Shown piece by piece: positions 1 through 8,733 of a stretch of DNA of 40,857 nucleotides. The notes under the pieces are model-generated. The model was not told the DNA's origin, made no database searches, and saw nothing but the letters and a program-made list of their open reading frames with translations. The stretch's first letter is position 1; each line of letters opens with the position of its first letter. Source of the DNA: a virus (Duplodnaviria; Caudoviricetes); the IMG/VR virus record IMGVR_UViG_3300017448_000013, positions 1 to 40,857 of that record; one strand, given 5' to 3'. The position numbers and the translations under genes are program-made.

Positions 1-306
1 CAGCGGAATGCAGCTAAAGAATGGATATCTGCGTGGCTGCTTAGCGGCAACAATACTGCGATTTATTCGGTAGGATAGATTTGTTGTCTTGGTGCTGCCG
101 GCAAAAGCCGCCAGGAATTGCAGATATGTTTTGGCTTCGGCGACCCCGCCGGACCGACCAGCAAGCGCAGCGGTTAATTTAGGATTGGCTGTAGAATGTG
201 CGGCGCCTGTTGATAGCGCTATAACGCCGATGTTCGGCTCTATAGGGTAACGACGTCTTGGCCGCGCGACAACGATGGAGCGCGTGATGCGATAGGAGAG
301 TGCCAT
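1..306 (-). CDS. Putative tail fibre/accessory virion protein, N-terminal part (runs off left edge; not in ORF track)
   Basis: Manual translation from ATG at 306: MALSYRITRSIVVARPRRRYPIEPNIG...LSYRINRSIVAAKQPRRYPFFSCIPL, open to base 1. AAGGGGAG RBS upstream. Confidence 0.75.
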   Translation of the reverse strand, partial: MALSYRITRSIVVARPRRRYPIEPNIGVIALSTGAAHSTANPKLTAALAGRSGGVAEAKTYLQFLAAFAGSTKTTNLSYRINRSIVAAKQPRRYPFFSCIPL

Positions 307-342
307 CGCAGTCTAACTCCCCTTATCCGGCTATCGCATTTG

Positions 343-371
343 TTGACAGTGCCAACGATAAGCGGTATCGC
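343..371 (+). promoter_or_regulatory. Putative sigma70 promoter for the plus-strand methyltransferase cassette
   Basis: TTGACA (343-348), 17 nt, TATCGC (366-371; weak -10). Small inverted repeat CGATA-N5-TATCG overlaps the -10. Confidence 0.45.
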
Positions 372-502
372 CTATTTTGGACTAAAATTCTCAAGGACTG
401 AGGATGAGCCACGGTGGCCTACACGGCTTTTTTAATGATCTCTGTCGGCATGGCCATCATCATCATAACCATAAGCATTAACGATAGGAAACGTTTCTGA
501 TC

Positions 503-1234
503 ATGTCGCTGTGGCTCAAATCTCGAATAGTTAACTCCCCACTGGAGGGATTCGCGATGCGCGCGCGCCGAATGAAGCGCTGGCGCAATGTCGAAATGAC
601 AGAAGTCGAACTTGAGGAGCGGCGACTTCCACTTGTTCTAAATCGCCTTATTAAGGAAACGTCATGCACAATAGACGTCGGTTGCCATATCGGTTCTTTT
701 CTGAGCGCCATCGTCCGACTTGCACCAGATGGAACGCATATAGCTATCGAGCCATCACCAACAAAATGCCGTTGGCTGCGACGCCGATTTCCGGACGTAA
801 ACATTATTGAGGGCGCCGCATCCGACCAAACCGGATATGCTTCATTTGAAGAAGATCATGCCAGGTCTGGCTACAGCAGGCTGTCAAATAATGGCCACGG
901 ATATCAGGTTAGATCATTGAAGCTGGATGATCTGCCTATAGCCATGGCTGACTTCATCAAGATCGATGTCGAGGGGGACGAGCTGAAAGTGTTGCGTGGC
1001 GCCGATCGGCTTATCGAGCGATGGCGACCTAGAATCATCTTTGAATGCGCCTGCGAATTGCAGGATACCAATACCGATCGTCGCGGCATCTACGAACACC
1101 TGACTGATATCGGTTATGAGATTTTCTGCTTCGCCGACTTCCTTTACGATCGAGGGCCGATGGGCTTTGATGAATTTCGGAAATGCGGCCTCTACCCGTT
1201 TCGGGCTTATAACTACATAGCCCTACCGAAGTGA
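503..1234 (+). CDS. FkbM-family SAM-dependent methyltransferase (moron, antisense to tail genes)
   Basis: Motifs IDVGCHIG, AIEP, LDDL, FIKIDVEGDELKVLRGA and RPRIIFE are typical of FkbM/Methyltransf_21. Confidence 0.92.
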   Translation: MSLWLKSRIVNSPLEGFAMRARRMKRWRNVEMTEVELEERRLPLVLNRLIKETSCTIDVGCHIGSFLSAIVRLAPDGTHIAIEPSPTKCRWLRRRFPDVNIIEGAASDQTGYASFEEDHARSGYSRLSNNGHGYQVRSLKLDDLPIAMADFIKIDVEGDELKVLRGADRLIERWRPRIIFECACELQDTNTDRRGIYEHLTDIGYEIFCFADFLYDRGPMGFDEFRKCGLYPFRAYNYIALPK

Positions 1235-1235
1235 T

Positions 1236-1997
1236 TTATCGCAAATAGAATTTCCGCTTCGGTGGAAGAAACATTTTGCGTGGAATAGCGATCGAAGCAA
1301 GCGCACTGCCACCGCCGCCGGCGCTGGCAGCCCAGGTGATTGCCCCAAAAACTGATGTGAAGCTATAAGCCGGACTGCCGTTGACTTGCGGCACCCAGGC
1401 GGCATTAGCCGTTGTCGAATGCGCCAGGGTCAATTGCGTAAAGTGGCCGCTTCCTTCACTACTGGTAATATCGCCGCCCGACGCCGTGATTGCACTATTG
1501 CCCGTCGTGACCCAAGTAGGAACGTTAGTTGATGACTGATTCGTAACACAATTAGCCGCGATGCCGACGCCCCCAGTCGGCAAATTGATGCCAGTCGCTA
1601 ACCCTTGCGGGTCTGCTGGATCGGTTATGTTGCTGCCGTTGTCAGTTGGAGTGCTGGCTGCCCCCGTCAAGATCGCCGCGGCGATTGTAACGTCATTCCA
1701 ACTGCTGGTGTTATCGGTCAAGACTACCGTATCAGTCTCGGCCGATGGCATGACTGCATAGTAAAATGCCACACCAACATTGGCGTCGTGGGCACTGAAA
1801 ATCTGTGTAGCGGTGACGCCACCAATAGTGACCGTTGTCGGCCCTTGTCCAGTTGTCCCAACATACCAGCAAACAGCCACGACCACGACCGAACCAGACG
1901 GAAAATTGGTCCCACTATTCACGCTGGTAAAAGTCACCGTCGCCGTGAACGGTCTTTGAAGGACTAGAGTAGCTCCAGCGGTATATCCTAATGGCAT
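1236..1997 (-). CDS. Putative virion adhesin/accessory tail protein
   Basis: 253 aa, Thr/Ser/Ala/Gly/Val-rich beta protein in the fibre cluster. GGGG linker followed by a basic C-terminal tail. Confidence 0.6.
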   Translation of the reverse strand: MPLGYTAGATLVLQRPFTATVTFTSVNSGTNFPSGSVVVVAVCWYVGTTGQGPTTVTIGGVTATQIFSAHDANVGVAFYYAVMPSAETDTVVLTDNTSSWNDVTIAAAILTGAASTPTDNGSNITDPADPQGLATGINLPTGGVGIAANCVTNQSSTNVPTWVTTGNSAITASGGDITSSEGSGHFTQLTLAHSTTANAAWVPQVNGSPAYSFTSVFGAITWAASAGGGGSALASIAIPRKMFLPPKRKFYLR

Positions 1998-2036
1998 TGC
2001 CTAGCTCGCATTGGTTATTTTTTTGGGGGGGCTATG

Positions 2037-3815
2037 TTAATACGGATCGGTTGACTTGGTATAACTGACATCGAATCCGGTTTGCACATAATTGTTGACG
2101 GCGTAGGCACTGAGTTGGGTATTCCACGTGCCACCGGCGCGCGCAGCGGCGGCGGCGATAAAGGCCGCATCAAGCGAAGCATAACTGCCGATGACGCCAC
2201 CAATCGAATTGTAGTAATCGCCAATCAAAGACACCGAGCCGCTAGCGGTCGGAGTTGGATGTGTGTATCCTTCGGTATTGCCGCCGGATTGATCGTACAC
2301 AGACGATATCGAGTTGCCGGAGCCGTCACTGTAAGTAGGCGTGGTGAGGCCTGTACCGTTGATCCCTGAAATCGAGAACGGCCATTTGAAAATGATCAAG
2401 CCGCTCATCGAGCAGCCGGTACAATTTGGATCAAGAGTTGTGGCGCATGCATCTACATAGGAACTGCCGACGTTGGCGATAATGCTATTGATGATACTGA
2501 CGCTGCCGCTCGTCCCATGGGAATAAAGTACATCGATGCCGCCGCTTTCTTCGGGGACGGTCGACTGGATAATGCTGTTGAGAATAACGTTTCGAGTACC
2601 ATTGGCAATCGTCGTAATCAGGCCGCTGTCATTTTGCTGGTGGCCGACGTCGAAACCGTTCGTGCTGAAGGCCACGAGGTTATCATTGATTACGCCACCA
2701 GTGCGCGCCTGGAAACCCTCGCTCGACGAATTGGTCGATATATTGCCGAGCATCTGCAACAGGCCGGTGGTGATACCGTCCGGCGTCTGCGAGAAATAAA
2801 AGTTTCTATTGAATTCGGTGGGTCCGGCACCGACCGCCTGCAACCCGGCGTTCGGACTCCAGCCGTTGGTATCGAACACATTCTCTTGCACGGTGCTGAG
2901 CGTCATGCCCTCGATATGGAGTCCTTGAGAATGTCCACTGATGCAATAAGCGTTGGTGCTGATGTTTCTTCTAATGATCAGCGTGCTGTTCGGTACTAGC
3001 GATGAGCTATCGTAAGCCTGCACCGCAATGTTGGTGGCAAAGAAACTGAATTTGCAGTCTTCGATGATGTTAAGGGTAGCCGTTAATGTCGTCGACAGGC
3101 CTAACAAGATACCGTCAGTGCCGTCAGCTTGCAGAACCGAGCTGCTGGCGCCGAGATAGCTGCCGCTAGCCGGGTCTTTTTGATAGGCGTACAATTCGAT
3201 GCCGATGATGGCGAGATTAGAGCCGCCGAAATTATTGCTGCCGTAGAAATAAAGCGCAGAACCGTCTGTTTGATTACACGGAACATTAAGTTTTGGACGC
3301 GCGCCCGTACCGTAGCTGCCGATCAATGCGATCGCATTGGTTGACGAACCATAAAAGTTTTTATAGGAATTAGCACTCTGGCCGATGTCATCGTTGGTCC
3401 AGCTATCACCGCACTTCAACAAAAGCTGATCAGGAGAGCCGGCGCGCATATATGATGCGCCCTTTGTGATGCTGGCGAACGGCGCGGCCTGGGTACCAGT
3501 GTTCGGGCTTGAATCGCTACCGGTCGAACTGGACACATATATTTGGCGTGAACCGGCACCGCTGAACCCGCTGCCTTGGCCGGATGGCGATACCGCGGAG
3601 ACCACATGGAAACCAAGGCCGTTTATACTAACGTTTCCGGACCCAGGAAAACTCATCAATGTGGCGGCTTTTGCCTGAGCGGTGACTCTGGCATGAAGAT
3701 TGACGCTCGTTGGACCGCCTGGCACCGGTATGAACTGACCGAGATCGCGGATACCGATCATCACCGGCGCATGTTGGCGATATATCTGCTTCCGCGGACG
3801 TATGATGCCGACCAT
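2037..3815 (-). CDS. Right-handed beta-helix (pectate-lyase-like) tailspike/depolymerase-like protein
   Basis: IYVSSSTGSDS...APFASITKG...LLLKCGDSW cap motif followed by Asn-ladder repeats (IIRRN, VQENVF, INDNLV, RNVILN). ATG at 3815. Confidence 0.75.
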   Translation of the reverse strand: MVGIIRPRKQIYRQHAPVMIGIRDLGQFIPVPGGPTSVNLHARVTAQAKAATLMSFPGSGNVSINGLGFHVVSAVSPSGQGSGFSGAGSRQIYVSSSTGSDSSPNTGTQAAPFASITKGASYMRAGSPDQLLLKCGDSWTNDDIGQSANSYKNFYGSSTNAIALIGSYGTGARPKLNVPCNQTDGSALYFYGSNNFGGSNLAIIGIELYAYQKDPASGSYLGASSSVLQADGTDGILLGLSTTLTATLNIIEDCKFSFFATNIAVQAYDSSSLVPNSTLIIRRNISTNAYCISGHSQGLHIEGMTLSTVQENVFDTNGWSPNAGLQAVGAGPTEFNRNFYFSQTPDGITTGLLQMLGNISTNSSSEGFQARTGGVINDNLVAFSTNGFDVGHQQNDSGLITTIANGTRNVILNSIIQSTVPEESGGIDVLYSHGTSGSVSIINSIIANVGSSYVDACATTLDPNCTGCSMSGLIIFKWPFSISGINGTGLTTPTYSDGSGNSISSVYDQSGGNTEGYTHPTPTASGSVSLIGDYYNSIGGVIGSYASLDAAFIAAAAARAGGTWNTQLSAYAVNNYVQTGFDVSYTKSTDPY

Positions 3816-3819
3816 CAAA

Positions 3820-4275
3820 TCACCCGATCATTCGTTTGCCGATTTCCGAAGCGACAACATTCTCGTCGCGGTGATCGGTCTCGCCGACATAACGGCGCAG
3901 TAGTGCTTCCCGGCCGCGCCCCATCAGCTCGTCCCAGCGCGCCAATGCAACCTCAAGCTTGACGTGGGCTCGCTGGACGCCGGTAATCGCGAGATTGATC
4001 GCCGCTCCCTGAATGTCGGCTATGTCATAGCCGAGACTGAGATCGGCGAAATCCTCGAATAGGCTTTGCTGTTTGCGCTCCGGTTTAATGTGCAAGTCGG
4101 AGAGCACTTCGATGCGCTCGATCTTGTTCACGAAACCATGCGCGCGATATTGGCCCAAGGCTTCGGTCTTGGCTTCATCCTCGGAAAATGTCTGGACGCC
4201 GACATGAAAAAGGGGAGCGTCTTTGCGCTCCCCCCAGATCATGACTTCGTAGAACTTGGATACCGCAAGCTTCAT
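3820..4275 (-). CDS. Hypothetical protein
   Basis: ORF fills the gap in the operon. GGAGG RBS precedes ATG at 4275, preferred over TTG 4296. Confidence 0.65.
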   Translation of the reverse strand: MKLAVSKFYEVMIWGERKDAPLFHVGVQTFSEDEAKTEALGQYRAHGFVNKIERIEVLSDLHIKPERKQQSLFEDFADLSLGYDIADIQGAAINLAITGVQRAHVKLEVALARWDELMGRGREALLRRYVGETDHRDENVVASEIGKRMIG

Positions 4276-4299
4276 GATAGTGCCTCCGTCTATCAAGGC

Positions 4300-4785
4300 T
4301 TACGGATATTCGCGCCAGCTCAGGTTCGACGAGACCGTTGTCGCCGCACCGATGGTCGCCGGGAAGTCAAAGATCAGCGCTTCGCTGACGCCGCAACAAT
4401 CCCTGTCCTCGTCTTCCGGACCAGGCATGTAGTCGAACGGCAGAAGCACGTTCCACTGCCAAGTCTGCACGAGACCGGTAAAGTTGCCGGTCGTGGTGGC
4501 CTGAGTGGTATCATTGGCGTGTAGGGTCGAACCCGACGCCTTGGTGTCACCGTCGTCACCGAGATTCTTCGCTGGCGTCGAACCGGCGGACCCAAGGGTC
4601 ACGGTCGCCGTACCGCGTTTCAGGCGGACGTTGATCTGCGCCGCGGTCGTGACGCTCGCGGCGGAAATATCGCAGCGATGCAACTGGATGCCGTTCGATG
4701 CTCCGGCGAGCAAAGACCAGAGGTCCTGCACCGCCGTACCAACGCTGACGTTGTTGAAGTTTGATTTGTAGACTCTGCGGCCCAT
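4300..4785 (-). CDS. Putative virion structural protein (beta-sandwich)
   Basis: 161 aa with GGAG RBS. Composition and position match accessory tail proteins. Confidence 0.6.
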   Translation of the reverse strand: MGRRVYKSNFNNVSVGTAVQDLWSLLAGASNGIQLHRCDISAASVTTAAQINVRLKRGTATVTLGSAGSTPAKNLGDDGDTKASGSTLHANDTTQATTTGNFTGLVQTWQWNVLLPFDYMPGPEDEDRDCCGVSEALIFDFPATIGAATTVSSNLSWREYP

Positions 4786-4831
4786 AATACAGGCTCCATG
4801 AAAAAAGAAATGAAAATGGAAACGCTCGCGA

Positions 4832-5713
4832 TTAAGCGAGCGTCAGCGTGAACGTGCTGGTGGAGAAGGTCGCTGTGACATTCACCGCAATCGGCTGCTG
4901 CGTGAGGCCGCGAACGAGGCCGTCGCCAGTACCGGTCGTGTTGACGCCGACATTGAAGGTCGCGCCAGACAGACCAGCAACAGTGAGAACGCCGGCCCAA
5001 GAACCACCAGTCGTCGGCAGCGCGCCGCCAAACTTAGTGCTAACCACAACAGATTCGCCGTTGGAGAACGACTGATCGGTGCAGGTCAACACACCAGGCG
5101 TCGCCGACGTACATGTGAATGGCGACCATTTATTATTACCGAGGAAGTCCCAGGTAATTAAATTTCCGCTGGTCAAAGCATCGTAGATGCCCCATGACGT
5201 GACCGTACCCCAACCGGAACCGCCAGCCTGCGCAAACGTGATAACCGCATTGGCGTTGGTGAGATTGGCTGGAGCAGTCGCCGGCTCCGTCCCAGACGAA
5301 GCCGAAGCCGCCGGCCAAGCCGAGAACTGCAATGAGTCGGACGAACCGGACGAGGCGTGCGCCGCGGTACCAGTCAATGTTACCGTCGAGCTGGAAATGC
5401 TTTGTACGGTACCGATCTGTTGCGAATTGGTCAGATCGTAAATGTTCATGCCGTTGACGACCCAGGCCGGCACCGCCGAAGCCATGGTGATCGTGGTCGA
5501 GGCGGTCGTGAACGAGGCGCTTGCGGTCAGGGCACCGGCGACTTGCACGCGGGCGTAGGCAGTGCCGGAAGCTTCGGTACCACCGGTACCGGCATCAGCA
5601 GTCGGGGCAGTGGTGAACAGTGCGAGATAGCGCGAACCGATTGCGGGCATCGGCGAAACGCCGGCTTCCCAATTTAGCGCCGCTTGAGCTGAAAAATCGC
5701 TGAGACCAGCCAT
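4832..5713 (-). CDS. Minor tail/fibre-associated protein
   Basis: YLALFTTAP..GTE.SG..YARV and ITF..A...WGTVTSWGIYDALTSGN motifs of a common phage minor tail family, interrupted by an inserted ~70 aa module. AAGGA RBS. Confidence 0.75.
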   Translation of the reverse strand: MAGLSDFSAQAALNWEAGVSPMPAIGSRYLALFTTAPTADAGTGGTEASGTAYARVQVAGALTASASFTTASTTITMASAVPAWVVNGMNIYDLTNSQQIGTVQSISSSTVTLTGTAAHASSGSSDSLQFSAWPAASASSGTEPATAPANLTNANAVITFAQAGGSGWGTVTSWGIYDALTSGNLITWDFLGNNKWSPFTCTSATPGVLTCTDQSFSNGESVVVSTKFGGALPTTGGSWAGVLTVAGLSGATFNVGVNTTGTGDGLVRGLTQQPIAVNVTATFSTSTFTLTLA

Positions 5714-5735
5714 CTTGAAATTTCCTTCTGAAATG

Positions 5736-5758
5736 AAAAAAGCCGCCAGGACGGCGGC
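5736..5758 (-). terminator. Rho-independent terminator
   Basis: Minus strand GCCGCC-GTCCT-GGCGGC followed by TTTTTT. Confidence 0.7.
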
Positions 5759-5786
5759 ACTTGTGGTGTGAAATTGTTGGAAAGGA

Positions 5787-6266
5787 TTACGTTGCGAGGT
5801 CGTAGAACAGAGCGCCTTGGGTCTCGAAGTCTACCGGACCAACGCCGGCATGGCCGGCCGTCATGATGATATTAGAGTCGGCCGGCAGCATGATATTCAG
5901 ACCGGAAATCGTGATCGCCTTATTGACGGCATTCTGCTTGCCAAGAAATCCCTTGACGATGGCCCGACAAAAACGCAACGCGTCGATGTCGAAGCCGTGA
6001 AGATTCTGCTTGCCGTTGGTGGCATCGACATAGGTTGCTTTACCGAAATCGGCATTGGCAGGCTCGCCATCGCACATCGCGGTGAACAGAACCTCGGACC
6101 ACTCATCACCGTAATTAAACATGCCGCCGGGGGCGTCTTTCCAGGCCATCAAGCCGAGGTCGATTTGATAGCCGCGAAGAATCATTGGCGCCCGCACCGG
6201 GAAAGTGACGGTAACCGATTTGCCATAAATCTGATCGGCTTCCCAGCCGAATGATGCAATCTTCAT
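5787..6266 (-). CDS. Hypothetical protein (possibly virion-associated)
   Basis: 159 aa ORF in operon with AAGGGA RBS, followed by a terminator. Confidence 0.65.
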   Translation of the reverse strand: MKIASFGWEADQIYGKSVTVTFPVRAPMILRGYQIDLGLMAWKDAPGGMFNYGDEWSEVLFTAMCDGEPANADFGKATYVDATNGKQNLHGFDIDALRFCRAIVKGFLGKQNAVNKAITISGLNIMLPADSNIIMTAGHAGVGPVDFETQGALFYDLAT

Positions 6267-6288
6267 TGCGTAAAGCGTCCCTTCGAGG

Positions 6289-6792
6289 TCAGGCGACGAT
6301 CGTGATACTTGCGCTCGGCCAGGTCGTTGATTGACCGGCGGCCGTGGCCTGTGAAGCGGAAATCAGAGCGTCAATATATTGCCCCGCCGCGGTGGCAAAG
6401 GCTTTGAACTGCGCGATCGTAAAGCTATGGAACGTCATCGCCTGATCGGGCCAGTTCTTGGTCGAAAGCCCATTGGTGAAGGCATTGTTGACCAGGATCG
6501 AAACATTCTCGGCCGTGATGTTAAACTGTGTTGCCTGGTCGAGCGCATAAGTGCCATTGAGCGCGGTCGAGGTAGACCAATTCACCGTCAGGCCGCTTAC
6601 AATCGCGGCGTTATACTGCGTCTGTGCCGCTTGTGCCTGAGATGGCGCTGGCACTGGATCAGGTGTATTGCCCGCTACCGCTAACCAAACCTGATATTTC
6701 TGCCAATCGGCGTTGCGTGGGTCGGCGGGAATGCTAGCGCCGTCTATTTCACGAATAACGCCAGAGCCTGATGTGAGCTGATATGCCGCCAT
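6289..6792 (-). CDS. Tail fibre assembly/chaperone-like protein
   Basis: IPADPRNADWQKYQVWLA.GNTP N-terminal motif typical of fibre assembly proteins, then a DUF4376-like C-terminus. Lies directly downstream of a fibre gene. Confidence 0.75.
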   Translation of the reverse strand: MAAYQLTSGSGVIREIDGASIPADPRNADWQKYQVWLAVAGNTPDPVPAPSQAQAAQTQYNAAIVSGLTVNWSTSTALNGTYALDQATQFNITAENVSILVNNAFTNGLSTKNWPDQAMTFHSFTIAQFKAFATAAGQYIDALISASQATAAGQSTTWPSASITIVA

Positions 6793-6795
6793 GAT

Positions 6796-8073
6796 TTACA
6801 GCTCAGCGCTTGCTGTTGCGTGCGCGCACGGAGTGTATGCCGTACCAGAACCTGTAACCATATTGAAAATTATTCTATCGTCGCTACTGACGATGGCTAT
6901 ACCGGCAGAAATGGAACCACCAAAAAAGTCACCAGAGGCACCAGGTGTTCCTGCAGCAGACGGATTATATACGACCACCGTTGGCGCAGCTCGCATAGTT
7001 TGTGGTAGCGTCCACATCATTTCCAGCGCTAAAGCTGTGCTATAATTGCCGGAATTGGTCGCAATGCAGCCGTAATCTCCTGTACCATTCGCCGCAACAG
7101 TACCTTGTGGAAATGTTTTTGCGAAATAGCGTTGACAGAATGGCAATTCCACAAAGACCGGTCGCAACTCTGGCGGCGGCGGAGCGCTGTTTATACCTAT
7201 AGTCGCGCTTGGCGTACTCCGAACATCTAGTTCGGCGACGATGACGTTTTTGCCTGTAGAGCTGAAATTGTTTCCAAAGTCGAAAATGAAGGCGTAGCCA
7301 AGCTTAGCATTAGTCGACACGGCAAACGTATAGGACACCTGCGTCCAGACACTATTGGCGCATACCTGCAAATTGGTGGCGGCGAGATCAGTCGTCGGGC
7401 TAGTCCAAACATCAGTTGTTCCGGCAATTTGCGTCTTCAGCGTTGGCGTGATCGACGCCGCAGTATTGTTGAAAACCCAGGCTTGTACCGTAACAGTCTT
7501 GCCACCCAATGCCGCAGCAATGTAACTTTCGATGCGATGCGACAATGTAATGTCGGTAACGCTCGCCGCGCCGGTTAATTGCAAGCCAAATAGCGTATTT
7601 GCACCGCTGCGATTATTGGTTGCCTGGATTGCTGTACAACTGGCACCGGTCGGGGTAACAATCCAGCCATCGGCCACGTAGGCACCGGCGGTCGTGACCG
7701 TGATTGATGCCGTGCCGCGTTGCCAGACATCCATCGTGCCATTACGGAATTTATTTAATAAGCCGCCGGGGGTAGCGAGAGTGATGCCGGTAAGAACCAA
7801 ACCGCCGCCAGGTAAGATTTCCGATGGTGCCGCGGCTGAACCACCTGGATTTCCCAGCAGGGTCGCCGCCGATTCATTTTGCAGCTTGGCGTAGGTCACC
7901 GCGCCCGGTGTGATGGCGGTATGAATCGTCGACGTACCGACACCGGAGACATCGCCGATAAGATTTATATTATTGACATTGGTAGGGACGGCAGTCGAGG
8001 TCACCAATTCGCTGCTTAAACCGATGGAAGCCGGCAATACCCCAGCATCCAGATTGGTCATGATGATGGTCAT
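6796..8073 (-). CDS. Tail fibre protein
   Basis: N.FRNG.MDVWQRG ... DGW ... EL..CQRYF ... MRAAPTV motif series typical of phage fibre proteins. Confidence 0.8.
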   Translation of the reverse strand: MTIIMTNLDAGVLPASIGLSSELVTSTAVPTNVNNINLIGDVSGVGTSTIHTAITPGAVTYAKLQNESAATLLGNPGGSAAAPSEILPGGGLVLTGITLATPGGLLNKFRNGTMDVWQRGTASITVTTAGAYVADGWIVTPTGASCTAIQATNNRSGANTLFGLQLTGAASVTDITLSHRIESYIAAALGGKTVTVQAWVFNNTAASITPTLKTQIAGTTDVWTSPTTDLAATNLQVCANSVWTQVSYTFAVSTNAKLGYAFIFDFGNNFSSTGKNVIVAELDVRSTPSATIGINSAPPPPELRPVFVELPFCQRYFAKTFPQGTVAANGTGDYGCIATNSGNYSTALALEMMWTLPQTMRAAPTVVVYNPSAAGTPGASGDFFGGSISAGIAIVSSDDRIIFNMVTGSGTAYTPCAHATASAEL

Positions 8074-8086
8074 CGTGCCCCGCCCC

Positions 8087-8713
8087 TTATGATGTGGCGG
8101 ACAGATTGACTGTCACCGGCAGCGGTCCATTCTCGGCACAAAGATCAATGACGGCACCAGTCGTATCCGTGGCATGGACACCAATCACCAAAGACAATTT
8201 TCCCGTGGCGGACAGTCCCAGCAATCCCGGCAATTTCGCCGCCGGAACATTCCAACCAAACGTACCCGCTTGCGCGCCATTAACCATCAGCAAGTTCTGT
8301 GTGGTCATTTGGATCAGCACGGTTGACGTCGTCGCATTTGTCCGGAACATCGAACTAAAGGAAATTCCAGTCAGATCAAGCGGTGGCGGCAAGATCGTGA
8401 TTTGCAGCCCGGAAACGGTTGCCGTCACAATATTATTCAGCGTCAACGTCGTGGCGCCGACGCCGCCAGAGGCGATGATCGTCCCCGCTGAAATACCAAA
8501 ACCGGTCACCGCCATGCCGGGCACTAGACCGACAGTCGAGATGATCCCGGCAATGACGTACGTCCCAGTAGTCAGATTGCCGATGATGGTGATCGGCGAG
8601 GATTGGAAGTTGGGCACGCCGATAAAAAACTGATCATTGAAATCAGCATTGCTGCTAATAGTGATCGAAGTACCGGCCGGGAATTGCGGCAGACTGAGAA
8701 GATTGGTAGTCAT
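8087..8713 (-). CDS. Putative baseplate/fibre adaptor protein
   Basis: 208 aa between two fibre genes. PLDLTG motif and beta-rich composition. Confidence 0.6.
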   Translation of the reverse strand: MTTNLLSLPQFPAGTSITISSNADFNDQFFIGVPNFQSSPITIIGNLTTGTYVIAGIISTVGLVPGMAVTGFGISAGTIIASGGVGATTLTLNNIVTATVSGLQITILPPPLDLTGISFSSMFRTNATTSTVLIQMTTQNLLMVNGAQAGTFGWNVPAAKLPGLLGLSATGKLSLVIGVHATDTTGAVIDLCAENGPLPVTVNLSATS

Positions 8714-8733
8714 GACTCAATCCCAGTTCGACT

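Noticed and set aside
2017-2031. T7-G7 homopolymer tract as a phase-variation switch
   Set aside because: It is intergenic and not within a recognisable promoter spacer, so there is no evidence of function.
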